Below are positions 1 to 9,042 of a DNA stretch of 64,000 nt, one piece after another. Each line of letters starts with the position of its first letter. Positions within the stretch are counted from its first letter, which is position 1. The position numbers and the translations under genes were made by a program. The stretch comes from a bacterium. GTDB lineage: Bacteria > Zhuqueibacterota > Zhuqueibacteria > Residuimicrobiales > Krinioviventaceae. The DNA lies in the NCBI GenBank assembly GCA_963675755.2, contig CAXXMD010000003.1, positions 3,520,001-3,584,000 on the forward strand, read 5' to 3'. Below the pieces are notes generated by a model. That model made no database searches, had not been told where the DNA came from, and worked only from the letters and a program-made list of their open reading frames with translations.

Positions 1-96
1 CAAATAAACCAGTCGTCAATATCACAGGACATCGTGAACAGAAAGCTTGTTCCTGAAAACATCAGTTGTGCGATGTGCGGAAAGGAGGAAAATTGA
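1..96 (+). CDS. 5'-truncated ORF ending in a CxxC motif (..ISCAMCGKEEN*)
   Basis: Frame 1 is open from base 1 to TGA at 94-96, which overlaps the TTG start of the next gene. Confidence 0.5.
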   Translation, partial: QINQSSISQDIVNRKLVPENISCAMCGKEEN

Positions 97-359
97 AGAT
101 ACAATGCAGTAAATGTAATAATAAAAAGAAATTCACGATGCCGATGTGGGTGCGTGCAACCTTCCGGTTCAATGAAGACGGCACCATCGCAATTCTGCAT
201 ACCACTCCGCTGGAGAGCATCGAAGAAAAGCTGGTGGGTCAGAGACAGAATCCGATGTTAAAATGCGCGGTATGTGGAGCAGCGGCAGAGATTGAGTTTA
301 ATGAATATGAACAAAAGGATACCGAGGCATCGCAGCTGAAAGCTCTGGAGGTGATATGA
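93..359 (+). CDS. Small Zn-ribbon protein
   Basis: CSKC and CAVC pairs; AGGAGG RBS before TTG at 93; stop overlaps the next ATG (ATGA). Confidence 0.7.
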   Translation: MKIQCSKCNNKKKFTMPMWVRATFRFNEDGTIAILHTTPLESIEEKLVGQRQNPMLKCAVCGAAAEIEFNEYEQKDTEASQLKALEVI

Positions 360-1174
360 GTGAGAATTATAAAAAAGAGATTATGGACTACATCAAAGAT
401 GAAGTGAACAAGTGGATCGATGTCGTCAAAAAGAAATATCCGGACAAGCTCATCACCCGGCAATGGCAGATTCTCTTTCCTAAAGGTTATGTTTCAGGAA
501 ACAACACGATGCCGGTAGTTACGGGTTGCAAAGACGGCAAGTACCTCATCGGTGAAGTGCAGTTTGTACTCCCCACGAACCTGGATTTGTCTTTGGACGA
601 TGTCGAGTTAGTTTTGAAAGAAGAACCCTATGTGGATGTTCGGGATGGTAAAACAGAGTCTGATCAGCATCGTGGTGCGATGGCACTGGATGATTCCATC
701 GATATCTTGAATCACGTTGTATGCAGTATCAATGACTTTATCAACAGTTTAAAGATCACGGTACCGGGTTCTACACAGCTGTCGATGTTTTCAACTCAAG
801 GCTTCGGCATGAAGAGTACAGGCAAAGTTAAAACAGTCATCGGCCAGTCAACAGGTGATATCAAACAGCACATCGAGTCATCTCCTCATCTGCCATCGTG
901 GATCAAGGACATCGAATCCAGAAAGGTCTATGACGAACTCATTGAAAAACTCACCGGTGCGTATCAACAGTATGGCAATGGGGACATTGGTGATTTCTTT
1001 AAAAAGTATGAACAGCACCTCAAGAATCATGGTCACCTGCACTATTTCTGCAAATACAAAGGAAAGATTGTGATTCTGGATGAACGTGAGCATTGCACCG
1101 AATCGTACTGTAGCAAGAAGCCTTACAATTCACCATGCTCTGTGCCTGTGTTAAGATTTGGAGGAGAATCATGA
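356..1174 (+). CDS. Hypothetical protein (272 aa) with a Cys/His-rich C-terminus
   Basis: Long ORF, translationally coupled on both sides; no family recognised. Confidence 0.7.
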   Translation: MSENYKKEIMDYIKDEVNKWIDVVKKKYPDKLITRQWQILFPKGYVSGNNTMPVVTGCKDGKYLIGEVQFVLPTNLDLSLDDVELVLKEEPYVDVRDGKTESDQHRGAMALDDSIDILNHVVCSINDFINSLKITVPGSTQLSMFSTQGFGMKSTGKVKTVIGQSTGDIKQHIESSPHLPSWIKDIESRKVYDELIEKLTGAYQQYGNGDIGDFFKKYEQHLKNHGHLHYFCKYKGKIVILDEREHCTESYCSKKPYNSPCSVPVLRFGGES

Positions 1175-2247
1175 TAAATGTATTCAAAAAGTTTGTACCG
1201 ATGGCCGACAAAATCGTGCCGAGAAGGACCTCGCTGGAGATCCTCCGCAATGTCTGTGTCAGGGATGGTTACATCACTGCAACGGACCTTGACTTGACGA
1301 TAAGAATGAAAACAGACGATTCACGTGAGTACCTGTTACCCATCGGCATTGTAAAAACCGTATTGAAAGCAAAGCCAAGAAGTATTGAAGTTATTACTGA
1401 CATTGCGGGGAAAACACGCATCGACTATGACAACAAATCGGTGTCGTTTCCGGAGGTTGAAATGAATGATTATCCAGCAATGGACTATGGAGAAACAAAG
1501 CCATTGGGAATCTGGACTAAAGATGCCATCAACTGTTTATATCAACAGGTACCCTACTGCAGTGACGATGATCTGCGTCCTGCCTTGCAAGGCGTGTATG
1601 TGAACCAGAACGGCAAGTTTTCTTCCTGTGCCACGGACGGTCATGTGTTGCGATACGTTGCAAATGTAGAGAACCATAATAATAAACTTGTCAAGTTCGA
1701 AGGTATCGTTCCTAAGCGTGTGTTAATGCTGCTGCCCAGGATGGTAAAAGAATCAGTATCCGTGTCTATGTCTGACGAGTGTTATCATTTCATTGTAGAT
1801 GATGAAATCGAACTCATCTCACGCAAAGTCGAGGCAACGTATCCGAACTTTATGCGTCTGTTTCCGGAAGATTACATTGGTATGATATCTCTGGACAAGA
1901 ACCGGTTCCTAAGACTGGCCTACGCAGCAAAGGATTTTGCAGTAAAAAAGACAATGTGCTCTATCCTGGATATCAAAAACAAAGAGATCACAATGTCTGT
2001 GGAGAACGTCGATGTCGGTACAGAATGGCAGTCAGCAATGCCGGTCGAGATGAAAAAAAACAAGCCTATGCGCATCGGGTTCAACATCACCAAGCTGGAA
2101 AAGGTTCTTGGAAGCATCGATAGTGACGTAGCTACATGGAAGTATAACGATGCAAATTCCGCGATGATTGTCATCGATGATGATCACGATGATGTAACCA
2201 GTCTGATCATGCCCATCCGCATCGCCGAAGAGGTGTCAGATGGATAA
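1171..2247 (+). CDS. dnaN: DNA polymerase III beta sliding clamp paralogue
   Basis: ATDLDL, SDDDLRPALQGV, ATDGHVL, YPNF, IGFN and C-terminal LIMPIRI motifs; about 358 aa; GGAG RBS before ATG 1171; not in a dnaA-dnaN-recF context. Confidence 0.85.
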   Translation: MINVFKKFVPMADKIVPRRTSLEILRNVCVRDGYITATDLDLTIRMKTDDSREYLLPIGIVKTVLKAKPRSIEVITDIAGKTRIDYDNKSVSFPEVEMNDYPAMDYGETKPLGIWTKDAINCLYQQVPYCSDDDLRPALQGVYVNQNGKFSSCATDGHVLRYVANVENHNNKLVKFEGIVPKRVLMLLPRMVKESVSVSMSDECYHFIVDDEIELISRKVEATYPNFMRLFPEDYIGMISLDKNRFLRLAYAAKDFAVKKTMCSILDIKNKEITMSVENVDVGTEWQSAMPVEMKKNKPMRIGFNITKLEKVLGSIDSDVATWKYNDANSAMIVIDDDHDDVTSLIMPIRIAEEVSDG

Positions 2248-3022
2248 TGTTATCGTAGATAAACCGGAACGGCTGGATCAGGACATCGAGGACTTCAAGA
2301 TCGATGCAGTTGAGGATGAAAAGAACTTTACGGTAGCCAGACTGCGTGTTTGCCGGGACCCTGAAAAAGAAACTCCGGTGATCTTTTACACCCAGGAGCT
2401 GAACCGGAATTTTAAGGACCCGACGGATCCCATGGGTAAACGATACCTGATTAAAAGCTTTACTCCCTCCAATGCGATGGCTTCCATCGATACATCTCTT
2501 GAACGGAAATTCGGAGATACGATGCTTGCTCACAAACCCAGGATCAGAGACTACTCCCCTCTCACTGACATTCACAGTTCCACGATGAACCTGTTCCTGG
2601 ATGATGAATCTGCAACCTACCTGAGTGACATCGGGGTCAATATCAATGGATTAGGTGAGGATTTTCAATCGATGGAGTCCGTAGAAGCTACACCATACAT
2701 GGAAGATGTATCGATGGGTGCGGAGCAAATCAAGTCAGAGCTGAGACAGTATCAAGTTGAGTTGAGAAAAGTGAAATTGCAAATGGCTGAAGAAATCAAA
2801 GGGTTAGTGGATGTTGATGTTGATGCAGATGATGACGAGTTTAATCAAATTATTGCAATGCATCGGGTATCAGATTATCTGGTTCAGCGGTATCTTGCTG
2901 GTGTAGAACGGATCCATGAATTGAAAACTCAGCTTGGCCAGGCAACGGATGCAGTTTTCTCTGAAACCAAAATCAGGATCAGACTACCGCCGAGATTGAA
3001 CATCGATGGGTTTACACTATGA
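2240..3022 (+). CDS. Hypothetical acidic protein with a coiled-coil C-terminal half
   Basis: 260-aa ORF overlapping the dnaN stop; GAGG RBS. Confidence 0.7.
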   Translation: MDNVIVDKPERLDQDIEDFKIDAVEDEKNFTVARLRVCRDPEKETPVIFYTQELNRNFKDPTDPMGKRYLIKSFTPSNAMASIDTSLERKFGDTMLAHKPRIRDYSPLTDIHSSTMNLFLDDESATYLSDIGVNINGLGEDFQSMESVEATPYMEDVSMGAEQIKSELRQYQVELRKVKLQMAEEIKGLVDVDVDADDDEFNQIIAMHRVSDYLVQRYLAGVERIHELKTQLGQATDAVFSETKIRIRLPPRLNIDGFTL

Positions 3023-3186
3023 CGTCATTGGGCTGTGATTGTATCTTTTAACCAGGTACATATCATGTTGTGAAATGTACCGATGGGTTTGAGGAATCCT
3101 GGGCCGTTAAATAAATGATTGAAGGATCAAACGATACCGGGACGCATATGGGGGATGTGTTCCGGTTAACGATGGAGGTGAAATGA
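3019..3186 (+). pseudogene. Small ORF interrupted by two in-frame TAA stops
   Basis: ATGA overlaps at both ends (3019 and 3183) in one frame; TAA at 3049-3051 and 3112-3114. Confidence 0.4.
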
Positions 3187-3470
3187 TTAAAGTCTATGTC
3201 TATGGCAGGATCGATTTGAGCCATAGGGATGAAAAATCGGAGTATCAATTGATCAGTGCATCACTGGTTGAAAAATTCAAAGACAAAGAAACCGAGTTGC
3301 CTGTTGTTGTAGCTATTTCTAAAAAGGAAAAAGGTAGTGATATCGTGTACTGCGTTCCCCTCGAGGATTATGGTTGTGAAGGTGCTGAGCACTGCGGCTT
3401 GTTCGTTTGGACGCCAGATGAGAGGTTCCTGGGTATGAATCCTTTACCATTACATACAGTTGAAAGGTAA
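3183..3470 (+). CDS. Hypothetical protein (95 aa)
   Basis: GGAGG RBS; followed by a terminator. Confidence 0.65.
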   Translation: MIKVYVYGRIDLSHRDEKSEYQLISASLVEKFKDKETELPVVVAISKKEKGSDIVYCVPLEDYGCEGAEHCGLFVWTPDERFLGMNPLPLHTVER

Positions 3471-3471
3471 G

Positions 3472-3498
3472 AAAAAAGAGGAGTTTTTCCTCTTTTTT
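3472..3498. terminator. Intrinsic terminator, potentially bidirectional
   Basis: AAAAAAGAGGA-GTTTT-TCCTCTTTTTT inverted repeat directly after the stop codon. Confidence 0.75.
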
Positions 3499-3743
3499 AG
3501 CTAAGGTTTTACCTATGCTTTTTTCGAGGTGATATTTTTTGTATGTGGCTGTAATTATTGAACTTGATTTTTTTAAAGCTCGAATTTAGGTATGGATTTT
3601 GTTCGAAAAAAGATATGGTTTTATTAAACAATTTATTACACTTTTTATCATACACGTTTTAAATCCTTTGATAATTAAAACATTCTTAATTATATTATTT
3701 TACCTCAATAAAAATAAAATTTGTTTTCTTATAAAGGACCTTC

Positions 3744-6176
3744 ATGGCAGTCAAGAAATCCGAATTATACAGTTCACTATGGGCCAGTTGTGATGAACTA
3801 CGTGGTGGTATGGATGCAAGCCAGTACAAAGATTATGTGCTGGTTTTGTTGTTTATAAAATATGTAAGTGATAAATATACAGGAATACCTTTCGCTCCAA
3901 TAACAATTCCTCCAGGCGCCAGTTTCAAGGACATGATAGCCCTCAAGGGCAAGCCCTCCATCGGGGATGATATCAATAAAAAGATCATCGAACCTATTGC
4001 AGATGCCAACAAATTATCTGGAATGCCGGACTTTAACGATCCCAACAAACTGGGCAGAGATAAAGAGATGGTTGATCGACTGACTAAGCTAATTGCTATC
4101 TTTGAAAATCCTGCACTGGATTTCAGTAAAAACCGCGCCGAGGGCGATGATATCCTGGGAGACGCATATGAGTACCTTATGCGCAACTTTGCTACAGAAA
4201 GCGGTAAAAGTAAAGGTCAATTCTACACACCTGCTGAAGTAAGCCGTATTATGGCCAAGATCATAGGAATTCATGAAGCCAAAACTACAGGCGACACCAT
4301 AGCTTATGATCCAACCTGCGGATCAGGTTCGCTTCTGCTAAAAGTAGCAGATGAGGCTGAAGCTGCAATATCATTATATGGTCAGGAAAAAGATTCTGCA
4401 ACAGCCGGTTTGGCTCGTATGAATATGATACTTCATGGCAATCCTACTGCTGAAATTAAACAAGGTAATACCCTCGCAAATCCTTTATTTATGAACGATC
4501 AGGGGACCTTGAAAACATTTGATTATGTCGTTGCAAATCCGCCTTTTAGCGATAAAGGTTGGACCAGTGGTGTGGACCCCGAAAGCGATCCACACAATCG
4601 TTTTCATGATTTCTGTACCCCACCCGCCAAGAATGGAGATTACGCGTTTCTTTTGCACATAATCCGCTCTCTGAAAAGCAAAGGCAAAGGTGCATGTATC
4701 CTTCCGCATGGAGTTTTGTTCCGTGGTAATGCCGAAGCGGAAATCCGCAAGAACCTGGTTCAAAAGGGGTATATCAAGGGTATCATTGGTTTACCCGCCA
4801 ACTTGTTTTATGGTACCGGAATACCCGCCTGTATCATTGTAATGGATAAGGAATATGCCGCAAGCCGCAAGGGCATATTTATGATAGATGCCGGCAAAGG
4901 ATTCATGAAAGACGGCAACAAGAACCGTCTGCGCAGTATGGATATACATAAAATTGTAGATGTGTTTAATAAAGTATTAGAAATCGAAAAATACTCGCGC
5001 ATGGTCCCCTTTACCGAGATCGAAGCCAATGAGTATAATTTAAACATACCCCGTTATATCGACAGCCATGAAGAAGAAGATATTCAGGACCTTGAAGCCC
5101 ACTTGCGTGGCGGTATTCCCGTAAGGGATATAGAAAACCTGAATGAGTATTGGCAGGTTTATCCTGACTTGAAAAATGTTCTGTTCAAAGCCAATGGACG
5201 GGAAAGCTATCGGGATCTGAATATACCCAAAGAAGAGATCAAAACCACCATTTTCAACCACCGTGAATTCAAAGCATATAACAAACAAATGAATGAGGTT
5301 TTTGCTCAGTGGCAAACCGAAACAGACCAATATGTTAAAGCATTGGTTAAGGGATTGAAACCCAAACAGGTTATTTTTGACATCTCGGAAAACATTTTAA
5401 AAGCCTATGATAACCGGGCCCTTGTGAGTAAATATAATATGTACCAGCACCTGATGGATTACTGGTCTGAAACCATGCAGGATGACTTGCATGAAATAGC
5501 TGTGGATGGCTGGCAAGCTGGCAAAGAAGTCAAACGTAAATTGAGGGATACAATTAGAGGGAAAAAAGAAGTCACCGGCATTGACGGTCTGGAAGCCCGT
5601 CTCATTCCTCCCATGTTGATCATTCAGGAATACTTTGCAAAAGAACAGCAAGCCATTGACGATTTACAGAGTAAACTGGAAGCCCAGACCGCTGAGATGG
5701 AAGAAATTCGTGAAGAACATGGCGACGAAGAAGGCTTACTCGTTAATGCCTTGGATGATAAAGGTAATATCACCAAAGGCAGTCTAAACAAGGCCATTAA
5801 AGAACTGGGAAAACACATTGATGAAAATGCGGAAGAGTTTGATAGACTGCATGAATATAAAAAACTGATGGATCAGGAAGCCGAAATCAAAGCAGAGATC
5901 AAAAAGGCCTATGAAGAGCTGGAACAATTAGTAGTTGAAAAATATCCTGTGTTGAATATTGATGAAATCAAAACCCTGGTGGTAGACAGAAAATGGATGC
6001 AAGAGCTTGAAAAACGTATCACCACTGAACTGGAAAACATCAGTCACCGCCTGAACCAGCGTATTCGTGAACTGGCAGAACGATATGAAACACCTTTACC
6101 ACAACTTGATGATGAGATAAAAGAACTGACTGAAAAAGTAGAACAGCATTTGAAACAGATGGGTTTGGAATGGTGA
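3744..6176 (+). CDS. hsdM: Type I R-M methyltransferase subunit, long form with a C-terminal coiled-coil extension
   Basis: LWASCDELRG N-terminus, GQFYTP, DPTCGSGSLL (motif I), VANPPF (motif IV, m6A), YNLNIPRYI. Confidence 0.95.
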   Translation: MAVKKSELYSSLWASCDELRGGMDASQYKDYVLVLLFIKYVSDKYTGIPFAPITIPPGASFKDMIALKGKPSIGDDINKKIIEPIADANKLSGMPDFNDPNKLGRDKEMVDRLTKLIAIFENPALDFSKNRAEGDDILGDAYEYLMRNFATESGKSKGQFYTPAEVSRIMAKIIGIHEAKTTGDTIAYDPTCGSGSLLLKVADEAEAAISLYGQEKDSATAGLARMNMILHGNPTAEIKQGNTLANPLFMNDQGTLKTFDYVVANPPFSDKGWTSGVDPESDPHNRFHDFCTPPAKNGDYAFLLHIIRSLKSKGKGACILPHGVLFRGNAEAEIRKNLVQKGYIKGIIGLPANLFYGTGIPACIIVMDKEYAASRKGIFMIDAGKGFMKDGNKNRLRSMDIHKIVDVFNKVLEIEKYSRMVPFTEIEANEYNLNIPRYIDSHEEEDIQDLEAHLRGGIPVRDIENLNEYWQVYPDLKNVLFKANGRESYRDLNIPKEEIKTTIFNHREFKAYNKQMNEVFAQWQTETDQYVKALVKGLKPKQVIFDISENILKAYDNRALVSKYNMYQHLMDYWSETMQDDLHEIAVDGWQAGKEVKRKLRDTIRGKKEVTGIDGLEARLIPPMLIIQEYFAKEQQAIDDLQSKLEAQTAEMEEIREEHGDEEGLLVNALDDKGNITKGSLNKAIKELGKHIDENAEEFDRLHEYKKLMDQEAEIKAEIKKAYEELEQLVVEKYPVLNIDEIKTLVVDRKWMQELEKRITTELENISHRLNQRIRELAERYETPLPQLDDEIKELTEKVEQHLKQMGLEW

Positions 6177-8044
6177 TTGACATGATAATTCAAAATACAG
6201 ATGATTTTAATACAACAGAAATGATAAGTAATTATGACTGGAAATTAGTTAATATTACAGAAGTATTATCCAAAAATAATGGAATTAAAATAGGTCCATT
6301 TGGAAGCCAATTGAAAAGGGAACTTCTAACAACTACTGGTTATAAAGTCTATGGACAAGAAAATGTTTATGAAAATGATTTTGAAATAGGAACTAGATAT
6401 ATTTCTAAAGAACACTTTCAAAAACTTAACTCGTGTGAATTAAATGATGGTGACTTTGTAATCTCTATGATGGGTACAATCGGTAAATGTAGTATAATAC
6501 CTAAAAATTTTGAACCTGGGATAATGGATAGTCATTTAATTAGGTTAAGACTTGATAGTAACAAAATTGACTCTAATTTATTACTACATTTCTTTTCTTC
6601 TAATCATTTGAACAAACAAATTAAAAGATTATCTGTTGGTGGTATTATGGAGGGATTAAGTTCTAAAATAATAAAACAATTGATGATCCCCCTCCCCCCA
6701 ACCAAAGCCGAACAAACCGCCATTGCAACCGCTCTGAGTGATGTTGACGCACTCATCAATAGCCTGGAAAAACTCATTAATAAAAAGAAAGCCATCAAGC
6801 AAGGAGCAATGCAAGAGTTATTGAAACCGAAAGAAGGATGGAAAATAACAACACTTGAGAGTGAAATTGATTTGCTAACAGGCTACCCTTTTCAAAGCAA
6901 TCAATACGTTAATAATGGTATTAGATTGTTAAGATGTTCTAACATCAAAAGAAATTATATAGATTGGAATGAAGATATTACTAAGAGTTGGAGTAAAGTG
7001 ACAAGGGAGCTTGAAAAATATTTATTAAATGAAAGCGATATAGTAATTGCTATGGATGGATCACTTGTTGGTAAAAGCTTTGGACAGATTACTAAAAAAG
7101 ATTTACCATCATTGTTATTGCAACGTGTAGCTAGAATTCGATCAAAAACAATAGATATGAAATACTTGAAAGAATATATTTGTAGTGATTTTTTCACTAA
7201 ATATTGTGATAGCATAAAAACAGCTTCTGCGATACCTCATATTAGCCCCAAAGATATTAATAATTTCACAATAAGCTTTCCATTAGAACTTTCAGAACAA
7301 AAAAAAATAGCAAATACCCTCAATGATATGAATGAAGAAATAATTTTTCTCGAAAAAAAGATTGAAAAACAAAAAATGATCAAACAAGGCATGATGCAAA
7401 ACTTGTTAACGGGGAGGATTCGAATAATACAAGAAACGCCTGTAATTAATAATGTAATTTCAATTGAAGAAGGGAAAAATAATAATCATAATTGGCAATA
7501 TAATGAAGCAGTAGTGATTGCTGTATTAGCTAAAAAATTTGGAACTTATAAATTCCCTTTAACACGATTTAGATATACAAAATTTTCGTATTTATTGCAC
7601 CGATATATGGATGAATCAATTGACAGCTATATGAAAAAAGCTGCTGGTCCGTACAATCCTAAAACCAGATACAAAGGGCCTGAAAAAATTGCTATTCAAA
7701 AAAAATATATTAAAATTCATAAAACCGACAAATCAACTGGCTTTCTTTGTTCAGAAAATATTCCTGAAGCAGAATCTTACTTTGAAAAATGGTATGGAAT
7801 AAAAATATTAGATTGGCTTGAACAATTTCATTATGAAACAAATGATAGTTTAGAACTATTGACTACAGTAGATAAAGCAATACTGGAAATTAAAGAAAAT
7901 CAAGATAACATGAGTGTGAGTTCAGTTAAAAGCATAATCAAGAATTCTGAAGAATGGAAACCTAAATTAGAGCGAACAATATTTTCTGATTTTAATATTG
8001 AGCAAGCAATTCATAAAATCGATCAACTTTTTAGCATTAATTAA
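6170..8044 (+). CDS. hsdS: Type I R-M specificity subunit with an extra C-terminal domain of about 200 aa
   Basis: Two TRDs; conserved IPLPPTKAEQTAIA..LSDVD and EQKKIA..KQGMMQNLLTG segments; ORF continues about 200 aa beyond the usual end. Confidence 0.92.
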   Translation: MVIDMIIQNTDDFNTTEMISNYDWKLVNITEVLSKNNGIKIGPFGSQLKRELLTTTGYKVYGQENVYENDFEIGTRYISKEHFQKLNSCELNDGDFVISMMGTIGKCSIIPKNFEPGIMDSHLIRLRLDSNKIDSNLLLHFFSSNHLNKQIKRLSVGGIMEGLSSKIIKQLMIPLPPTKAEQTAIATALSDVDALINSLEKLINKKKAIKQGAMQELLKPKEGWKITTLESEIDLLTGYPFQSNQYVNNGIRLLRCSNIKRNYIDWNEDITKSWSKVTRELEKYLLNESDIVIAMDGSLVGKSFGQITKKDLPSLLLQRVARIRSKTIDMKYLKEYICSDFFTKYCDSIKTASAIPHISPKDINNFTISFPLELSEQKKIANTLNDMNEEIIFLEKKIEKQKMIKQGMMQNLLTGRIRIIQETPVINNVISIEEGKNNNHNWQYNEAVVIAVLAKKFGTYKFPLTRFRYTKFSYLLHRYMDESIDSYMKKAAGPYNPKTRYKGPEKIAIQKKYIKIHKTDKSTGFLCSENIPEAESYFEKWYGIKILDWLEQFHYETNDSLELLTTVDKAILEIKENQDNMSVSSVKSIIKNSEEWKPKLERTIFSDFNIEQAIHKIDQLFSIN

Positions 8045-8072
8045 TATTTCTATCGGGGAGAATCTTAAAGAT

Positions 8073-8998
8073 ATGAAAAGTTATTACCGGATTATGCTTG
8101 GCGCTAAAAGCATGTATGCGGAAGAGTGCTTTAAAGGTGGCTTTATTGGTGCCGATTATAACATAGATATAGACTTGACAAACAAACTCCCGGATGACTG
8201 GCGTGAATTTAACAAGAAACACCGTCCTATCTGGATGAAAAAAATGGAAATAAAAGCAAAGTGGCCGCCGGTCTTGCATGCGGTATGCTGTGGACCATTG
8301 CCAGAGGGATCGATAAAGGTGATATTGTGATTTCTCCGGATGGTCAGGGAAGTTATTATGTAGGTGAAATTACAGACAACTACTCTTATCACCCAGGTGA
8401 AATATTACCTCATCGCCGATCGGTCAAGTGGTATTCCGGCAATATTAAACGAAAAGAGATGAGTACAGCCCTGCAGCATTCTACAGGATCAATCGGTACT
8501 GTCAGTAATATATCTGATTATGAAGAAGAGATTGAATCGTTGATTGGAGGACATCAACCGTCGGCCATTGTCTCGACAGATGAATCTATCGAAGATCCTT
8601 CTGTCTTTGCTCTTGAAAAACATCTGGAAGATTTTCTGGTGCAGAACTGGAAACATACCAAATTGGGAAAAGAGTATGATATCTATGAAGAAGATGGTGA
8701 ACCAGTTGGGCAGCAATACCCAACCGATACAGGTGCTATTGATATATTACCCATCAGTAAAGACAAGAAAACACTTCTTGTTGTAGAATTAAAAAAAGGC
8801 CGGGTAAGCGATATAGTTGTCGGTCAAATTCAACGGTATATGGGGTACGTAAAAGATGAGCTGGCCGAAAAATCACAAAAGGTTAAAGGTGTAATCATTG
8901 CTCTTGAAGATGATATCAAGATTAAAAGAGCATTATCCGTTACCAATAACATAGAATTTTACAGATATCAGGTGAGCTTCAAACTAATCAAGGGGTGA
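8073..8998 (+). pseudogene. NucS-like PD-(D/E)xK restriction endonuclease split by a frameshift in an A7 run
   Basis: ORFs 8073-8330 and 8261-8998 join into one protein if the run at 8238-8244 is A8 (WMKKNGNKSKVAAGLACG); C-terminal ALEKHLEDFL, IDIL, VVELKK, GQIQRYMG. Confidence 0.75.
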
Positions 8999-9042
8999 AC
9001 AAGATTGATACTGGGTAAAACATGAAAATAATCTAAAGAAGA

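Noticed and set aside
3599-3793. 64-aa ORF upstream of hsdM
   Set aside because: AT-rich promoter-like DNA, no RBS, overlaps hsdM out of frame.
6688-6699. C-rich tract in hsdS as a phase-variation switch
   Set aside because: It is interrupted (C5-T-C6), encodes the conserved IPLPP motif, and the frame is intact. No inverted repeats or second hsdS for shuffling were seen.
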